From: Octopus sinensis
Taxonomy: Eukaryota
NCBI RefSeq assembly: GCF_006345805.1
Contig: NC_043024.1
Span: 16,988,001-17,052,000, forward strand
Direction: 5' to 3'
DNA: 64,000 bases
In this document: in pieces, positions 1 to 13,507 of the stretch
How positions within the stretch are numbered: the first letter of the stretch is position 1
Layout: each line of letters opens with the position of its first letter
The notes under the pieces: generated by a model
What the model was told of the DNA's origin: nothing
The model's database searches: none
Seen by the model: the letters and a program-made list of their open reading frames with translations, nothing else
Translations under genes and position numbers: made by a program

Positions 1-682
1 TGTTGAAAAAAATCGATAATAGGGTCCCTGGAAGGGATCCTTATATCTATTACATATAACTAATATTTTATATAAACACCCAAGGGAAATAACCCATAGC
101 ACCTACATTTACAAGTGTCAGTTTTTAGCGAAGCGATCAATATTTGATTCTCATGATCAGTGGACCTAATTTCACTACTTACAGTTTTGAACTGCTAAAC
201 CTTATTATTGCACTTTCTTGATTTGAATCTTAAATCTTAAATACTTCATTCATACATTTATATACATACATACTTTTTTGCACTTATGTATACTACATTT
301 AATAATAATAGACTTGATAAAGTTAGCCTTTAAAATGGCATGACGAGTCAGAGTATGAGTGGGTACTTCTACTCCACAAGCTGCTCTAATGCGACAATAG
401 TTTGAATGAGTAGTAGACCAATTCTTCATCTATTCTACTTCAATATCTAAACACTTATATACATATTGCTCTAATTAATTTAGACATTGCATTAATAGAC
501 ATTTTTTCAACATCTCTAAATAACGAACTCCTGGCAATGCATGTAGGGTTTTCACTTAAATTTGATTACACTTTGAATGCCCATAACGAATAGTTCTGTA
601 TTTTTCCAGTTAAACTTTTTCGATGACAGAAGATAAATTTTTGATTCAAGAACATATTTAATAAGTGTTTCCCAATCCTGCT

Positions 683-802
683 TTTTCTCATGGACAGCTC
701 TATGTCGGATGCTCTAGAGTTGGAAATCCGGAAAATTTATTCATCGATGCACCCAACGGCAAAATCAAAATCCTTGTGTATCATGAAGACCTGCAAGACT
801 AA
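683..802 (+). pseudogene. Helitron PIF1-like helicase C-terminal fragment
   Basis: Frame not in the ORF track reads FSHGQLYVGCSRVGNPENLFIDAPNGKIKILVYHEDLQD*, matching Helitron helicase motif VI (FSHGQLYVAxSRV). Confidence 0.9.
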
Positions 803-1035
803 TTTTGGAACAAAGATGCCTCTCCCTCCTACAACCTATCTTGCCAACCTCCGGAAACCTCTCTTGCCAAACTCCGACAATCTTTCCCTTCTCCAGCTGA
901 CAGTTTTTTTAACTTTTTCACAATGGAAAATACACCTTTTGTTACAGTTAAAACGAAATTGCTTTTTCATATCAGAGAAATAAGGCATTTAACTAAAACA
1001 TCTTTACCCCGGGAATTACTAGGTACAGCAGCTAG
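683..1035 (+). mobile_element. Helitron 3' end
   Basis: Helicase end followed by degenerate GC-rich hairpin (cccgggaattactagg) and terminal CTAG at 1032-1035, then T. Confidence 0.75.
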
Positions 1036-1062
1036 TATGTGTGTGTGTATATATATATATAT

Positions 1063-1226
1063 AGGTGCAGGAGTGGCTGTGTGACTAAGAAGCTTGCTTA
1101 CCAACCACATGGTTCCAGGTTCAGTTGCACTGTGTCACCATGGGCAAGTGCCTTCTACTATAGTCTCAGGTTGACCAAAGCCTTATGAGTGGATTTGGTA
1201 GAAAGAAACTGAAAGAAGCCTGTTGT
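1063..1226 (+). mobile_element. SINE family A, 5' half (tRNA-derived head)
   Basis: ggtgcaggagtggctgtgtg...ggttcag...gggcaagtg...aaagcctt.tgagtggatttggtag; recurs more than 15 times in the window. Confidence 0.85.
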
Positions 1227-1254
1227 AGATATATATATATATGTTTATATAGTC

Positions 1255-1400
1255 AAAGAATTTGAAACCAGGACTTACCTTTTTTTAGTATTTATTCTAT
1301 TAGCATCTTTTGCTGAACCGCTAAATTACTGGGATGTAAACAAACCATTACTGGTTGTCAAGCGATGGTGAGGGGACAAACAACAGATGCACACACATAG
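1255..1400 (-). mobile_element. SINE family A, 3' half
   Basis: Reverse complement of the family A tail (ttgacaacc...cggttcagcaaaag...atagaata). Confidence 0.7.
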
Positions 1401-1769
1401 ATATGCATAAACACACACACACACACAAACACACATATATATAATAAATAAGAAAATGAAATAAAAAATCCAAGGCTTTGAATAGTTTTCAGGATATTTA
1501 TAAAGAGAAAGTCTTACAGCTGTGTCCGTAATGCTATATATATCCCATCACAGCATTACCTGATACCTTTGGGTCTTCTTGACACCAATACTGTTCATAC
1601 CCTATGTATATATATGTATATATATATATATACACACACACACGTGTGTGTGTGTGTATATGATTATAGCGGTGCCTCAATCAATTTCTAACACTATCTG
1701 AAGAAGGAATTTTTATATTCCGAAATATTATTATTATATCAGACTATAGATAATTAATTTATATCTTTT

Positions 1770-1975
1770 CTACTCTTGGCATAAGGCCCGAAATTTTGGG
1801 GGAGGGGGCCAGTTGATTAGAACTACCCCAGTACACAACTGGTACTTAATTTATCGACCCTGAAAGGATGAAAGGCAAAGTCGACCTCAGCAGAATTTGA
1901 ACTCAGATGTAAAGACAGACGAAATACCATTAAGCATTTCACCTGGCTGCTAACGTTTCTGCCAGCTCACCTCTG
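1770..1975 (-). mobile_element. SINE family B
   Basis: Reverse complement of gagctggcagaaacgttagc...ctgagttcaaat...gtcgactttgcctttcatcc...gtcgataaattaagtaccag. Confidence 0.85.
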
Positions 1976-2092
1976 TAATAGATAATTAAATTATAACAGC
2001 TATTATAATCCACTCTGCATTGTTGTGCCTTTCAAGACATGTTATATTTTACAAGCAATACACGATGCTTCCAACGAACTACAATACTCTCA

Positions 2093-2135
<43 letters not shown>

Positions 2136-2160
2136 GCACACACACACACATATATATGTT

Positions 2161-2304
2161 AGGAAGGGCATCCAGCTGTAGAAACTCTGCCAGATCAGAT
2201 TGGAGCTTGGTGCAGCCATCTGGTTCGCCAGACCTCAGTCAAATTGTCCAACCCATGCTAGCATGGAAAGGGGACGTTAAATGATGATGATGATGATGAT
2301 GATA
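2161..2304 (+). mobile_element. RTE LINE 3' terminal fragment (family C) with (GAT)n tail
   Basis: aggaagggcatccagctgtagaaac...catgctagcatggaaa..ggacgttaaa(tga)n. Confidence 0.8.
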
Positions 2305-2348
2305 TATATATATATATACACACATACACACACACACAAATATATATA

Positions 2349-3095
2349 CAGGGGTTGGACAGAATAATGGAAACACCTAGCATCATAATTTTGAAATATC
2401 TATAAAACCATCCAAAGTGTGTTTATTTTTATGTTTTTTTATTTATTATTTGTGCTGCTTAATGTTTTGCTAAAATTGCTGTTTCTTTTCGGATATCAGG
2501 AAAAGGTAATTAAAATTCATTAAAATGACAGACCTATCAGACTTTCAAAGAAGTCAAATTGTTGGTGCTGATATTGCATAATGAAAACAGCTGAAATGTT
2601 TGGTGTATCAAGAAGTACTGTCTCGAAAGAAATAAGAAATGCTAGCACACCTGGCAAAAAAGATGAAGAAATAAGAAGTACTGTCTTGAAAGTAATGACA
2701 CCCTTTGAGAAGAGGGAAAAACCTCTTCTGGAAGAAAACCAAAACTTTCAGAATGGGACTGTCGAACTCCTATGCAAAATCTTAGAAAAGATCACAAAAA
2801 TGCAGCTCCCAAATTTACTACAGAGCTTAATGACTACCTTGAGAACACAGTTTCCACAAAAACTGTTTGCCGGGAGCTGGACAAAGCTGGATTTCATAGG
2901 AGGACTCCAATCAGAAAACCACTACTTTCAAAAACAGACGTTGCAAAGCATTTAAAGTTGAGTAAACACCTACAGAATTGGTCCCTAGAGCAGTAGAAGA
3001 ATGTTATTTTCTCAGATGAGTCATTCTTTACCCTATTTCTGACCACCGGCGGAGTATATGTGTGGAGACAGCCAAAAGAATCAGACTACCTTCTT
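2349..3095 (+). mobile_element. Tc1-family transposon, 5' part (left TIR plus frameshifted transposase)
   Basis: TA|caggggttggacagaataatggaaacacc TIR. Peptides MTDLSDFQRSQIVGA, AEMFGVSRSTVS (HTH), KPLLSK...WSLEQ*KNVIFSDES (first catalytic D), VYVWRQPKE. Confidence 0.9.
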
Positions 3096-3109
3096 CCAAC
3101 TGTTAAACA

Positions 3110-3600
3110 TGCATGACATCAGGGTGCTTTTACATGCCACCAGCACAGCTGCCATCTGTGTGACCCCAGTGTCTGCAATGGCTGCCATTTTGCTCCGTTT
3201 GATGGGTCTTCTTTTCAAGCACGACATAATGCCAAAGGTCTCGTTGGTCATTGCCTCTGTGAAGCCCAGCACTTGAAAGGAACTCAACCACTTTGCCTCC
3301 AGCCCTTCCTAACATGCCGACATCTTCACAGAGTGTGCTGGATGCTATTATGTGTCAATGCACGAGCACTTTTATGGGTGCTTTTATGTAAAGCTGTATG
3401 AATGCTTTATGATGCTGTGTGAATACTTTTACAGGATGCCACACAAGCACTTTTATGTGGGACCACATAGGTGCTTTTTCCTGGCACCACACAGGTATTT
3501 TTATGTGGCACCACCATGGGTGCTTTACACAACCAGACAGATCGGGGTACAGTCTTATTGAGTACAGCCAGGCACCAGGTGTCTTGGTCCTTTGACAGGA
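3110..3600 (-). mobile_element. Degraded RTE LINE 3' ORF end and 3' UTR pieces
   Basis: Similar to the ORF end of the 43.5-kb LINE, plus the repeated ggtgctttttatgtgccacc UTR motif. Confidence 0.6.
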
Positions 3601-4082
3601 ATAGATTTGAATATGACATAGAAGCAGTGCTAATGTATGAAGCATTATCGACCACACATACATAGCATATAAGCATTGTGGATTTACCAGTTTGCTGTGA
3701 TTTGGCATGCTGGGAGGTACTCTCTCAAAGTGCTGGCTGTTAAAACACCTGAAAGTCATGGATGAGTAAGATAACACACCTCAAATACATACACATATAT
3801 GAAGTATATTTGTAAGCACACACATGTATATGTGTATGTGTATATACATGTGGGTGTGTCTGTGTGCAATTATCATTGTGTGAGATAAGCACAGATTATA
3901 TTCTATGACTATGCTTCACCAGCTGACCGTTAACTTTAATGGATTGAATAAATATATATCAGGCTTTGCATTCGTCCAACACAAAGTTCGAGTGTGGTCT
4001 TTTCTGATCTTGTACCATAATTTAAATTATGTGTGACTGTGTGTGTGTGTGTGTGTGTGTGTGTACACACATACACACATAC

Positions 4083-4113
<31 letters not shown>

Positions 4114-4253
4114 GATATATATACGGGTGTGTGTGATTATTAATATATATATATATATATATACACACATTTATTCTCGCGTGTATATGTATGTATGTAT
4201 GTATATATATATATATAAATATATACATACATACATATACACACGAGAATAAA

Positions 4254-4296
<43 letters not shown>

Positions 4297-4660
4297 TCAC
4301 ACACTTTTATTCACATAAGCACACATATACACACATATCTATATTTACACATGCATATATTTGTGTGTGGGGACTTGTGTATATGTAAGTGTGTGTGTGT
4401 GGGGGGGGTGTATGTATAGACTAATAGACAGATATGTAGCTAAATAGATAGACAGACAGACAGATAGATAGATGGATAGATATAGGGTGAAAGCATGTAC
4501 TCACTTTCTCAACCAATATGCCATATCGGAAATCATGGGAAGTTATATTATCAGATTAACTGTAAATTGATAGCCATTATTAGGACTAAATAAAATATCT
4601 GCATCTTGCTGCCTGTCCATCTTTCCTTCACCCTATACATCTATGTTAGCATGTGTATAT

Positions 4661-4702
<42 letters not shown>

Positions 4703-4756
4703 CTACACACACACACACACACAGATACATACATACATACATATATACATACATAT

Positions 4757-4789
<33 letters not shown>

Positions 4790-5537
4790 CATATATATGT
4801 GTGTGTGTACACACACACACACACACACACACACGCATATATACCCACAGTGTGTCTGTGACATAAGTTGCAATGGATGTTATTCTATATGTAGAAATCT
4901 CTCCGTCTTTTATGTCTGGCATCTCCCAAATTGATTTTGACACAATGTATTTCAATAAAATTGGACTTGTAACTAACAAGTTATATCTATTTTGGTCTGA
5001 CATTCCTCAAACTAATCTTGACAAAACAAATTCCAGTGTAGAATGGTGGCTTTGAATATCAAACTGCTTCTCTTTTAGCTTTCGTGTTCTGTATAATTGA
5101 CCTTTACTTAATAAATTCTGATTGAAAATTCGAATTGAATCACACAGCTAACCATATTTTTGCTTGTTATTTTGCAAACTGACCTTGGCTCACCAATATA
5201 TTGTAGTGAAAGTTGTGAAATCTATACCAAACTAAACTGGAAATAAAAACCTTTTAATGGAAGTGGATATGTAACTAGGTCTGACCTTTGCGTACAATAT
5301 TCCAATAAAGATGCAGCTGTAGCCATTAAACTGATCTTTATGTAAAACATTTCAGTGGAAGAGTAGGATCATGACCATCTCATTGACCTTGATGCAAATG
5401 GTTTCATTGAAAGTAGAGCAGTGGTCAGTGTTACACACACACATAGCTTAATGACACAGAATGTATAATAACTATGTAGGAATAATGATTATATTGGAGA
5501 TGTAATTACACAAAATAAATTTCACTGAAAGAGTTAA

Positions 5538-5744
5538 CCCACTAGCATTCAGGTTACTCTGTCAAATCTGATGCTTATTTATTCACATTGTTTTGAATTA
5601 ATCATGGATTATCTCAAAGCTTTGAGATTTTGATGATGTGATTGTAAATTTTTAGGGGAGACATAAGAGCCTGGGTCCAGTCAGTCTGAACATAAAACAG
5701 ATGGAACATTTTCACCAGATATGGTTAGTTCAAATGCTAAAGAG
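5538..5744. mobile_element. piggyBac-type MITE
   Basis: TTAA at 5534-5537 and 5745-5748; imperfect TIRs cccactagcatt / aatgctaaagag; same family as 58864-59099. Confidence 0.7.
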
Positions 5745-7063
5745 TTAAAGAGTAGTTCTAATTTTAGTTTGTTACATTCCCAAATAATCCTGACACACTA
5801 TATTTCAACAACAGTTAATTTCAAATGCTTTCTTTTACTTTTGAGATTTACTGTTGACCACCCTGAACTTGAAATATTATACCTCTATGAACGTTGTGCC
5901 ATATCTACCAAACTACAGCCATATTGTCTGCTATCTCTCAGGCTAATTTCATAATATATTTATTTCATTGACAGTAAAGCAATAAATACTAAACTGGCCA
6001 TATTTTAGTGCTTGTGAACACAGCCTGTTTTCAGCCTTTTTTTTTGTTTTCCTTTCTTGATCTCCACCATATTTTTAGTGTATGTGTCCTGTTAGTGTGT
6101 TGGATGCACTCATATATATTGGATTCCAATGTAGATTTATGACTAATTCCAGCATTAGTGCTGTTCGTCTTTGACTTTTACCATCTCCTCCTTCAATTCT
6201 CTTTCTTCGTTTAAAACGAAGACAATAAATCTGAATATATTACTTATAAGGAATTATCTGTGTGTTAGTCATCACCAGTGAAGCATGCAATCATACAGAA
6301 ATGTGCTTATTGATAGAGAAACAGAAGAAAATAGAAAATATTAAATATTAGATTTAGATTTAATTGTGTGAAATTAATGTTTTGAGAAAAATAAAAAGAT
6401 ATTTTTTCTCCACTTCTTTCTTTGATTTATTCATTTTTAATGAGAACAAAAAAATGGAATTGTCCACTCACCATATCAATCTTAGGGCCTATATTTTAGT
6501 TTGTTTCACAGAACAACATTGTTCCACCAATCTATCAAGTTATTTTCTCTGTTATTCCTCAAATTTGAGACTATATTTCATCGAGAGGACAGCTATAAAT
6601 ATGAAGTCAATCCTATTTCAGTTTATTAAAGCATTGTTGTTCATTTGGCAGCAAATCTCAAAGACATATAGCCAAGGATTCCGACTTCTTACTCTGCCAG
6701 CCCCCCAATAAAACCTTCACATCACACATTTTCTTTCCTATTTTCACCATCACATTGGAGTCTCTCCTAATATTTTCTCTCTTTTTTTCTCTCTCTCTAT
6801 TATGATGTTTGTCATTCTGTTTCTCTCCCTCCCTCTTTCTCTCTTTTTCCTTGAAGCCCTTTATTTCAATTGCCTTTCGTTCTTCTCTTCCTCTTCTTCT
6901 GCCATAAAAAACAAATAAATTTATGAAACAATTTTTCTCTTTTTTTTTTAAACTCTGAAAAAAAAAAAAAAACCAAAATGAAACAAAGTAACAACCCAAA
7001 ACAAACATTTGTAAAGCAAACTAAATCAGCTGAATGGAGGTGGTGTTATAGTAGGGATGAAAG

Positions 7064-7111
<48 letters not shown>

Positions 7112-8379
7112 GTGTGTGTATGAATATGTGGGTCGTGTCTTGGTTGATTAACACACATCAGATGAAATTAGGTAAGGTGTGAAAAAAAAACACATTCACA
7201 CAAACACACACATGTACACAAGCACACACACACACACACATACATAAAAGTACATAAATTTGTGTGTGTGTATGTGCATGCGTGCGGTAGAAGTTTCCCT
7301 GTGCATATGTGTAAATGGTTTTGTGTACGTGTGTGTAAATGCCATGATGGTTTCTTTTTTAAAAGTGCATATCCTGTTGCAATGAGATTTGAAGATTATG
7401 CCTTACTTCTCTGAATAACCACCGCTACCACCACTACCTCTACTACAACTAGGCCCTCCCCCCATCCACCTCACCACTATGCCATAGTGACAGCATTCCC
7501 CAAGAACTTTGACATAATGGATTTGTGTTTCATTTCTCCTGGTCAGTGACATTAGTATTAAGCGATCGTGGATGAATGGCTAACTCCACCTAAATAGTCT
7601 GACAATCGCAGCGTCTACCTGCTTTTGCATGGTACCAGATGGAGGGGCTAAGCTTCTAGCAAATGGAACAGAGAAATGTGTCAACCAATTTCTGAACCAA
7701 TAGGGGGAGCATGATCAAAAGTAGTAGCCAAATCTCTCTCAACTCACACTTCAGCATCTGATAAAATGAAGGGCCAGGTACATTCAATATCACACAACCA
7801 TGCTTGCTTCTGGGTCCTATCCCAGCGTCTTTGGTACCTTGGGCGAGTATTTCTTTCCTCATTTACTATAGCTTCATATTGACTAATGCTTTGGGAAAGA
7901 AATTGCATAGAAAACTTAATCCACCACCTACTTTGACACCACTACCACCAGGCACCTTGAGTGCCTTTAGCAAAGGGTAACTCTCTTGTAAGCAATCAGA
8001 CCAGTTTAAAGAAACCTGCTTCCCTCCCACTTGCCACTCCCACTGGCCAACGGAAATCCCCACCCCAGCTACAAAGACGTCCATAGGTAGGTCTGTTGAT
8101 ATCCACTCACTACCACACTACACATTAGGGATGTTGCTGGATGATGGTTCCAGTCCATATGTCAGTGGTTTTATTGAGAAGTGGTTGTTGGTCTCTACTT
8201 CAGCAGACAATCTCTGCAGAGAGCATGTGACTCATGCTCTATCACCTGACTCTGATGAAGAAAGTCGTTCAACTGGAAAAGGGAACCCAATTCTGTTATG
8301 TTAGAATTCTTGTGAATAGCTGTTATTACAGCATAGGGAAGAGGTGTGTGGTAGTGGTGGTGGCAGTATCTATTGATCT

Positions 8380-8424
<45 letters not shown>

Positions 8425-8519
8425 CAGAGAGAGAGAGAGAGAGAGAGAGATAGATCAATAGATACTGCTACCACACACCTCTCTTCTATGCTGTAATGAC
8501 AGCTATTCACAAGAATTAT

Positions 8520-8925
8520 ATATACGCACACATATGCCCAAGGTGCCATGCAGTGGGATCGAACCCAGAACCATGTGGTTGGTAAGCAAGTTTCTTACCA
8601 CACAGCCACTCAGGCGCCTATATATCTATATATTTCTTTTATCTTTTTCTTGTTTCAGGCCATGTTGGGGTACCACATTGAAAAAGTTTTAGACAAATTA
8701 ATCAACCCCAGTAACTTACTTTTTAAGCCTGATAGTTATTCTATCAGCTTTTTTTGCTGAACCACTAAGTTACAGAGACATAAACACACCAACACTGGTG
8801 GGAGACAAACACAGACACAAAAACACTGATACACACACACGATGGGCTTCCTTCAGTTTCCATTTATTAAATCCACTCACAAGGCTTTTGTTGGCCTAAT
8901 GCTATAGTCGAAGTCACTTGCCCAA
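8520..8925 (-). mobile_element. SINE family A (head fragment plus a second near-complete copy)
   Basis: Reverse-complement matches to the family A head and tail. Confidence 0.75.
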
Positions 8926-9425
8926 GGTGCCACACAGTGGTACTGAACCAGGAACCATGTGGTACAAATATATTCTGTACAAAACCAAACAGAGTGATAT
9001 ATTTGGATGATTTTCCTACCACTACTTCACATCTCCATGCAAATATTATTATCTGGTATTAATTTCCATTTTTTTTTTGTCTGTTAATTAAGCAGATAAT
9101 ACTTGGATTCATTTGAATAATTAAGAATGTCTCAGTCAAGATCTTGGCTAATCCTGTCTATACATGTCTATGTACTTTCATATTTCATATTTTCATACGT
9201 ATTGTATTGCACACTTTCAAATGATCAAAACTTGTGTAACTCACACAGCTAAGATATTTCTCCAGCTTCTATTGTTTTATGGTGAGAGAAAAATGTCCCC
9301 CCTGGATAGAACACTTGTCTCTTGTGGGTAGGTTTTCACGCATGAGACAAATTAGATTCAGTCCAATATTTCCTGAAGAATCATTGATCAACTTCTGTGA
9401 ATGACCTAATTAAATAATACATGTG

Positions 9426-9580
9426 TGGTGCAGGTAAGAAGCTTGCTTCTCAAACACATGGTTCAGAGTTCAGTCCCACTGCATGGCACCATGGGCAAAG
9501 TGTCTTCTACTCTAGCCTCAGGTCGACCGAAGTATTGTGAGTGGATTTGGTAGACAGAAACTGAAAGAAGTCCATTGTGT
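9426..9580 (+). mobile_element. SINE family A, 5' half
   Basis: gtaagaagcttgct...ggttcagagttcagtccc...gagtggatttggtagacagaaactgaaagaag. Confidence 0.8.
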
Positions 9581-9696
9581 GTGCATAAGGTATTTGAGGA
9601 TATGCATTTTTGGGATCATTGCTGCATTTTTTGCTAACTCTGTATAAACTTTGTTACAGAAAATAATAGCGGCAGACGCTAAGCTTATTCAAGAAA

Positions 9697-10691
9697 CGAA
9701 GATACATACTGTTATTGTAGTTAAAAATGCTGAGCATAGCAATTTAGAAATATCTCAATTTTTAAAAGTTGCCAGAACTTTTGTGTACAAAGATTGTCAT
9801 GAGGTGGAGACATATCCCCAGTATCAAAGCATAAAAGCGTTCTAAATGCTCTGGAATCATCAGAACACCTGAATTCATCTAGCAAGTTCAACAGACCTTT
9901 GATTACAATCCCAGAAGGTCCATGAGGTCAATTGCAAAAGTTCTCAATGTATCAGAAGGAACAGTCAGAAATGTTGTCCACAAAGACATCAGATATTAGT
10001 CTTATGTGATGAGGAAAGGTCAATTTGTCAGAAAAAGCAAAAGAAAATCACTACATCAGATTTAAAAGGCTCTTAAACAAACTGAAAAAAAACAGCAGAA
10101 AATGATTTGATTTGGTTTTTCTCAAATGAGAAAAACTTTGACCAAGATCAAAAGGTTAACTAAAGAAATGACAGATGGTTATGTGCAGACCCTTCTGAAG
10201 TTCCAAGTGTTATGCATACAAAATTTTGTGCAACTGTCATGGTTTTAAGGATTGTCAGCAATGAAGGACATGTGATGCCTCCTTACTTCTTTCCACAAGG
10301 CTTTAGAGTTAACTCTGCTGTCTACATTGAGGTCCTGGAGATAATTGTTAAGCCCTGGATAGACAGTGTATGCAATGGAAAGCCATGTATTTCAGTAAGA
10401 CTCTACACTATGACACATGGCTCTAGTAACACAGGAATGAATGGCTGAAAATTTTCATGATCATATAACCCCAAGCATTTGGCCTCCTAATTCCCCAGAT
10501 ATCAATCTGTTGGACTTGTGGGGCATTATTGAGAGGTTAATAAACACACCCATAACACCAAAGACTCTTTGAAAGCTGCCGTAGTCATAGTAATGCCCAA
10601 AATGAACCAGGACCACTTGCTTTGAGCATGTAGATGATTTAGATCTCATATAGAAGCAGTTGTTGAAGCTGAAGGTGGCTTTATTGAATAA
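9697..10691 (+). pseudogene. maT-type (DD37D) Tc1/mariner transposase pseudogene
   Basis: HSNLEISQFLKVART; WFFSNEKNFDQDQKVN; MHTKFCATVMVLRIVSNEGHVMPP; VFQ*DS...WPPNSPDINLLD with 37 residues counted between the second and third D; ends EAEGGFIE*. Contains stops and frameshifts. Confidence 0.9.
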
Positions 10692-10784
10692 CATTATAGA
10701 AGAGAAAGTTTATTTTTATCCTCATAGCATTTTTTGATAAATAAAATTATTATCTGTTATTATATATCTATTTTTTTTCATAAA

Positions 10785-10870
10785 CATGAAAAAACAACAA
10801 CGTGACACATGTAAAGTATTAGCAGATCCTCGGGGAAGGAAAGAAAGATGGTTTAATGTTTCAGAAACAG
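10785..10870 (-). mobile_element. Internally deleted copy of HHR-bearing family E
   Basis: Matches 17630-17880, but the core and stem II are deleted (gtttct^gaaacattaaac). Confidence 0.55.
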
Positions 10871-10929
10871 AGGAAACTCCAATATATACATATGTGTGTA
10901 TATATATCTGTCTCTGTCGCCCTTTTCAA

Positions 10930-11218
10930 TCTTAGGCAGGCTCATGGGCCTGGTTTCCCCGGTTTCTGTGTCGTATTTGTTCTCCCCAGCTGGACGGGAC
11001 GCCAGTCCATCCCAGCATTACTCAAGAAACAGGAAGAAAGAGTGAGAGAAAGTTGTGATGAAGGAGTACAACAGGGGTCACCACCACCCACTGCTGGAGC
11101 CTCGTGGAGCTTTTAGGTGTTTTTGCTCAATACACACACACAACGCCCAGTCTGGGAATTGAAGCCACGATCCTCCAACCGCGAGTCTGCTGCCCTAACC
11201 ACTGGACCATTGCGCCTC
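10930..11218 (-). mobile_element. SINE family D (tRNA-like head), tail type 1
   Basis: Reverse complement: gaggcgcaatggtccagtggttagggcagcagactcgcgg...ttcaattccc (A- and B-box-like); tail gatggactggcgtcccgtccag. Confidence 0.85.
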
Positions 11219-11221
11219 TAC

Positions 11222-12380
11222 ACACATATATATATAATATGTATGTATATATGTATATGTCCATATGTATGTATACATATATATATGTATGTATATGTAT
11301 GTATACATATATGTATGTATATATACATATATATATATATGTATACATGTATATGTATGTATGTATACATATATATATGTATATATGTATACATGTATAT
11401 GTATGTATGTATACATATATATATGTATATATGTATACATATATATATATGTATGTATACATACATATATATATATATATGTATGTATACATATATATAT
11501 GTATGTATGTATACATATATATATATATAGTATGTATGTATACATATATATATGTATGTATGTAACATATATATATGTATACATATATATATATATATAT
11601 AATGTATATATATATATATGTATATATATATATTATATATATATATGTATGTATACATATATGTATGTATGTATACATATATGTATGTATGTATACATAT
11701 ATGTATGTATGTATACATATATGTATGTATGTATACATATATATGTATGTATGTATACATATATATATGTATGTATGTATACATATATATATGTATGTAT
11801 GTATACATATATATATGTATGTATGTATACATATATATATGTATGTATGTATACATATATATATGTATGTATGTATACATATATATATATGTATGTATGT
11901 ATACATATATATATATGTATGTATGTATACATATATATATATGTATGTATTATACATATATATATATGTATGTATGTATACATATATATATGTATGTATG
12001 TATACATATATTATATATATATGTATGTATCATATATATATATATGTATGTAGTATACATATATATATGTATGTATGTATATACATATATATATATATGT
12101 ATGTATGTATACATATATATATATATGTATGTATGTATATATATATATGTATATGTATGTATGTATACATATATATATATATGTATGTATGTATACATAT
12201 ATTATGTATGTATGTATACATATATATATATATGTATGTATGTATACATATATATGTATACATATATATGTATACATATTATATGTATACATATATATGT
12301 ATACATATATATATATATGTATATATATATATATGTATGTATACATATATATATATGTATACATATATATATATATATAT

Positions 12381-12425
<45 letters not shown>

Positions 12426-12675
12426 TATGTATGTATACATATATATATGTATGTATGTATGTATACATATATATGTATACATATATTCTATCGGTCTATT
12501 TCATTGAACCATTAAGTTATGGGGGCATATATATGTATACATATATATATGTATGTATGTATACATATATATATGTATACATACATACATATATATATAT
12601 ATATTATATATATATATGTATATGTATGTATATACATTTATATATGTATATATATACATATATATATGTATATAA
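11222..12675. repeat. Compound (TA)n/(TATG)n microsatellite, about 1.45 kb
   Basis: Directly visible; source of the long Y/I/M/C/V ORFs. Confidence 0.97.
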
Positions 12676-12912
12676 TGCATAGCATTGCGTTTGGCACCAG
12701 TTTGGTTGCAGGAGCTGCTGGAAGAGTGTCAAGTCAGACAATAAACCACCTACAGAGCTCCATTCTGGATTTCATTGAAGGTTGTCTCCTTTCTGTAACC
12801 CTGGATTGGAACTCATACTGGGTACTGTCAGCTGGAGCCAGCTGAGTCTGGGACTCATGTCAAGCAGGGTCCTCACTCCCTAAAGTAGTGAAGAAAATCG
12901 CCACCCACAACG

Positions 12913-12947
<35 letters not shown>

Positions 12948-12971
12948 TATATATATATAGATGCATGTGTG

Positions 12972-13015
<44 letters not shown>

Positions 13016-13019
13016 TATG

Positions 13020-13205
13020 TGTGTGTCTTTGTTCCTCATCACTGCTTGACAACTGATATTGGTGTGTTTATGCCCCCATAACTTAATGGTTCAATGAAAT
13101 AGACCGATAGAATAAGTACCAGACTTATAAAAAGGGTCCTAGGGTTGATTTGTTTGACAATAACCCCAGCCATGGCCACAGTCAAATGACTGAAACAAGC
13201 AAAAG
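13020..13205 (+). mobile_element. SINE family A, 3' half
   Basis: cttgacaactgat...gaccgatagaataagtacc...catggccacagtcaaatgactgaaacaag. Confidence 0.75.
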
Positions 13206-13279
13206 GCAAATGGTTGTAATTAAAAACAAGACAGTTTTCACTAACGATGCAAGATTCACAGTGGGTGATAGTACACAAT

Positions 13280-13490
13280 CCTTTCTACTGTAAGCACAAG
13301 GCCAGAAATGTTAAAGGGGAGGAGGCTAGTCGATTACATTGACCCCAGTACACAACTGGTACATAATTTATCGATCCTGAAAGGACGAAAGGCAAAGTCG
13401 ACCTTGGCAGAATTTGAACTCAGAACTTAAAGACAGATGAAATACTGCTAAGCATTTCACCTGGCTGCTAACGGTTCTGCCACCTGTGAC
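13280..13490 (-). mobile_element. SINE family B
   Basis: Reverse-complement match to the family B core. Confidence 0.85.
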
Positions 13491-13507
13491 AGTATATATC
13501 ACTCTCT

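Noticed and set aside
690-983. 97-aa ORF from the track
   Set aside because: It is off-frame relative to the Helitron helicase motif and has no coding features of its own.
1510-1560. Minus-strand ACAGCTGT palindrome with an upstream hairpin as an HHR
   Set aside because: Both CTGANGA and GAAA are disrupted.
8252-8285. CTGATGA...GAAA as an HHR
   Set aside because: Only 3 bp of stem II can form, and there is no stem I or III.
11104-12682. Long ORFs (up to 354 aa) rich in Y/I/M/C/V/H, and similar ones at 4, 18-19, 25, 39 and 61 kb
   Set aside because: They are translations of TA/CA/TATG microsatellites, which rarely contain stop codons.
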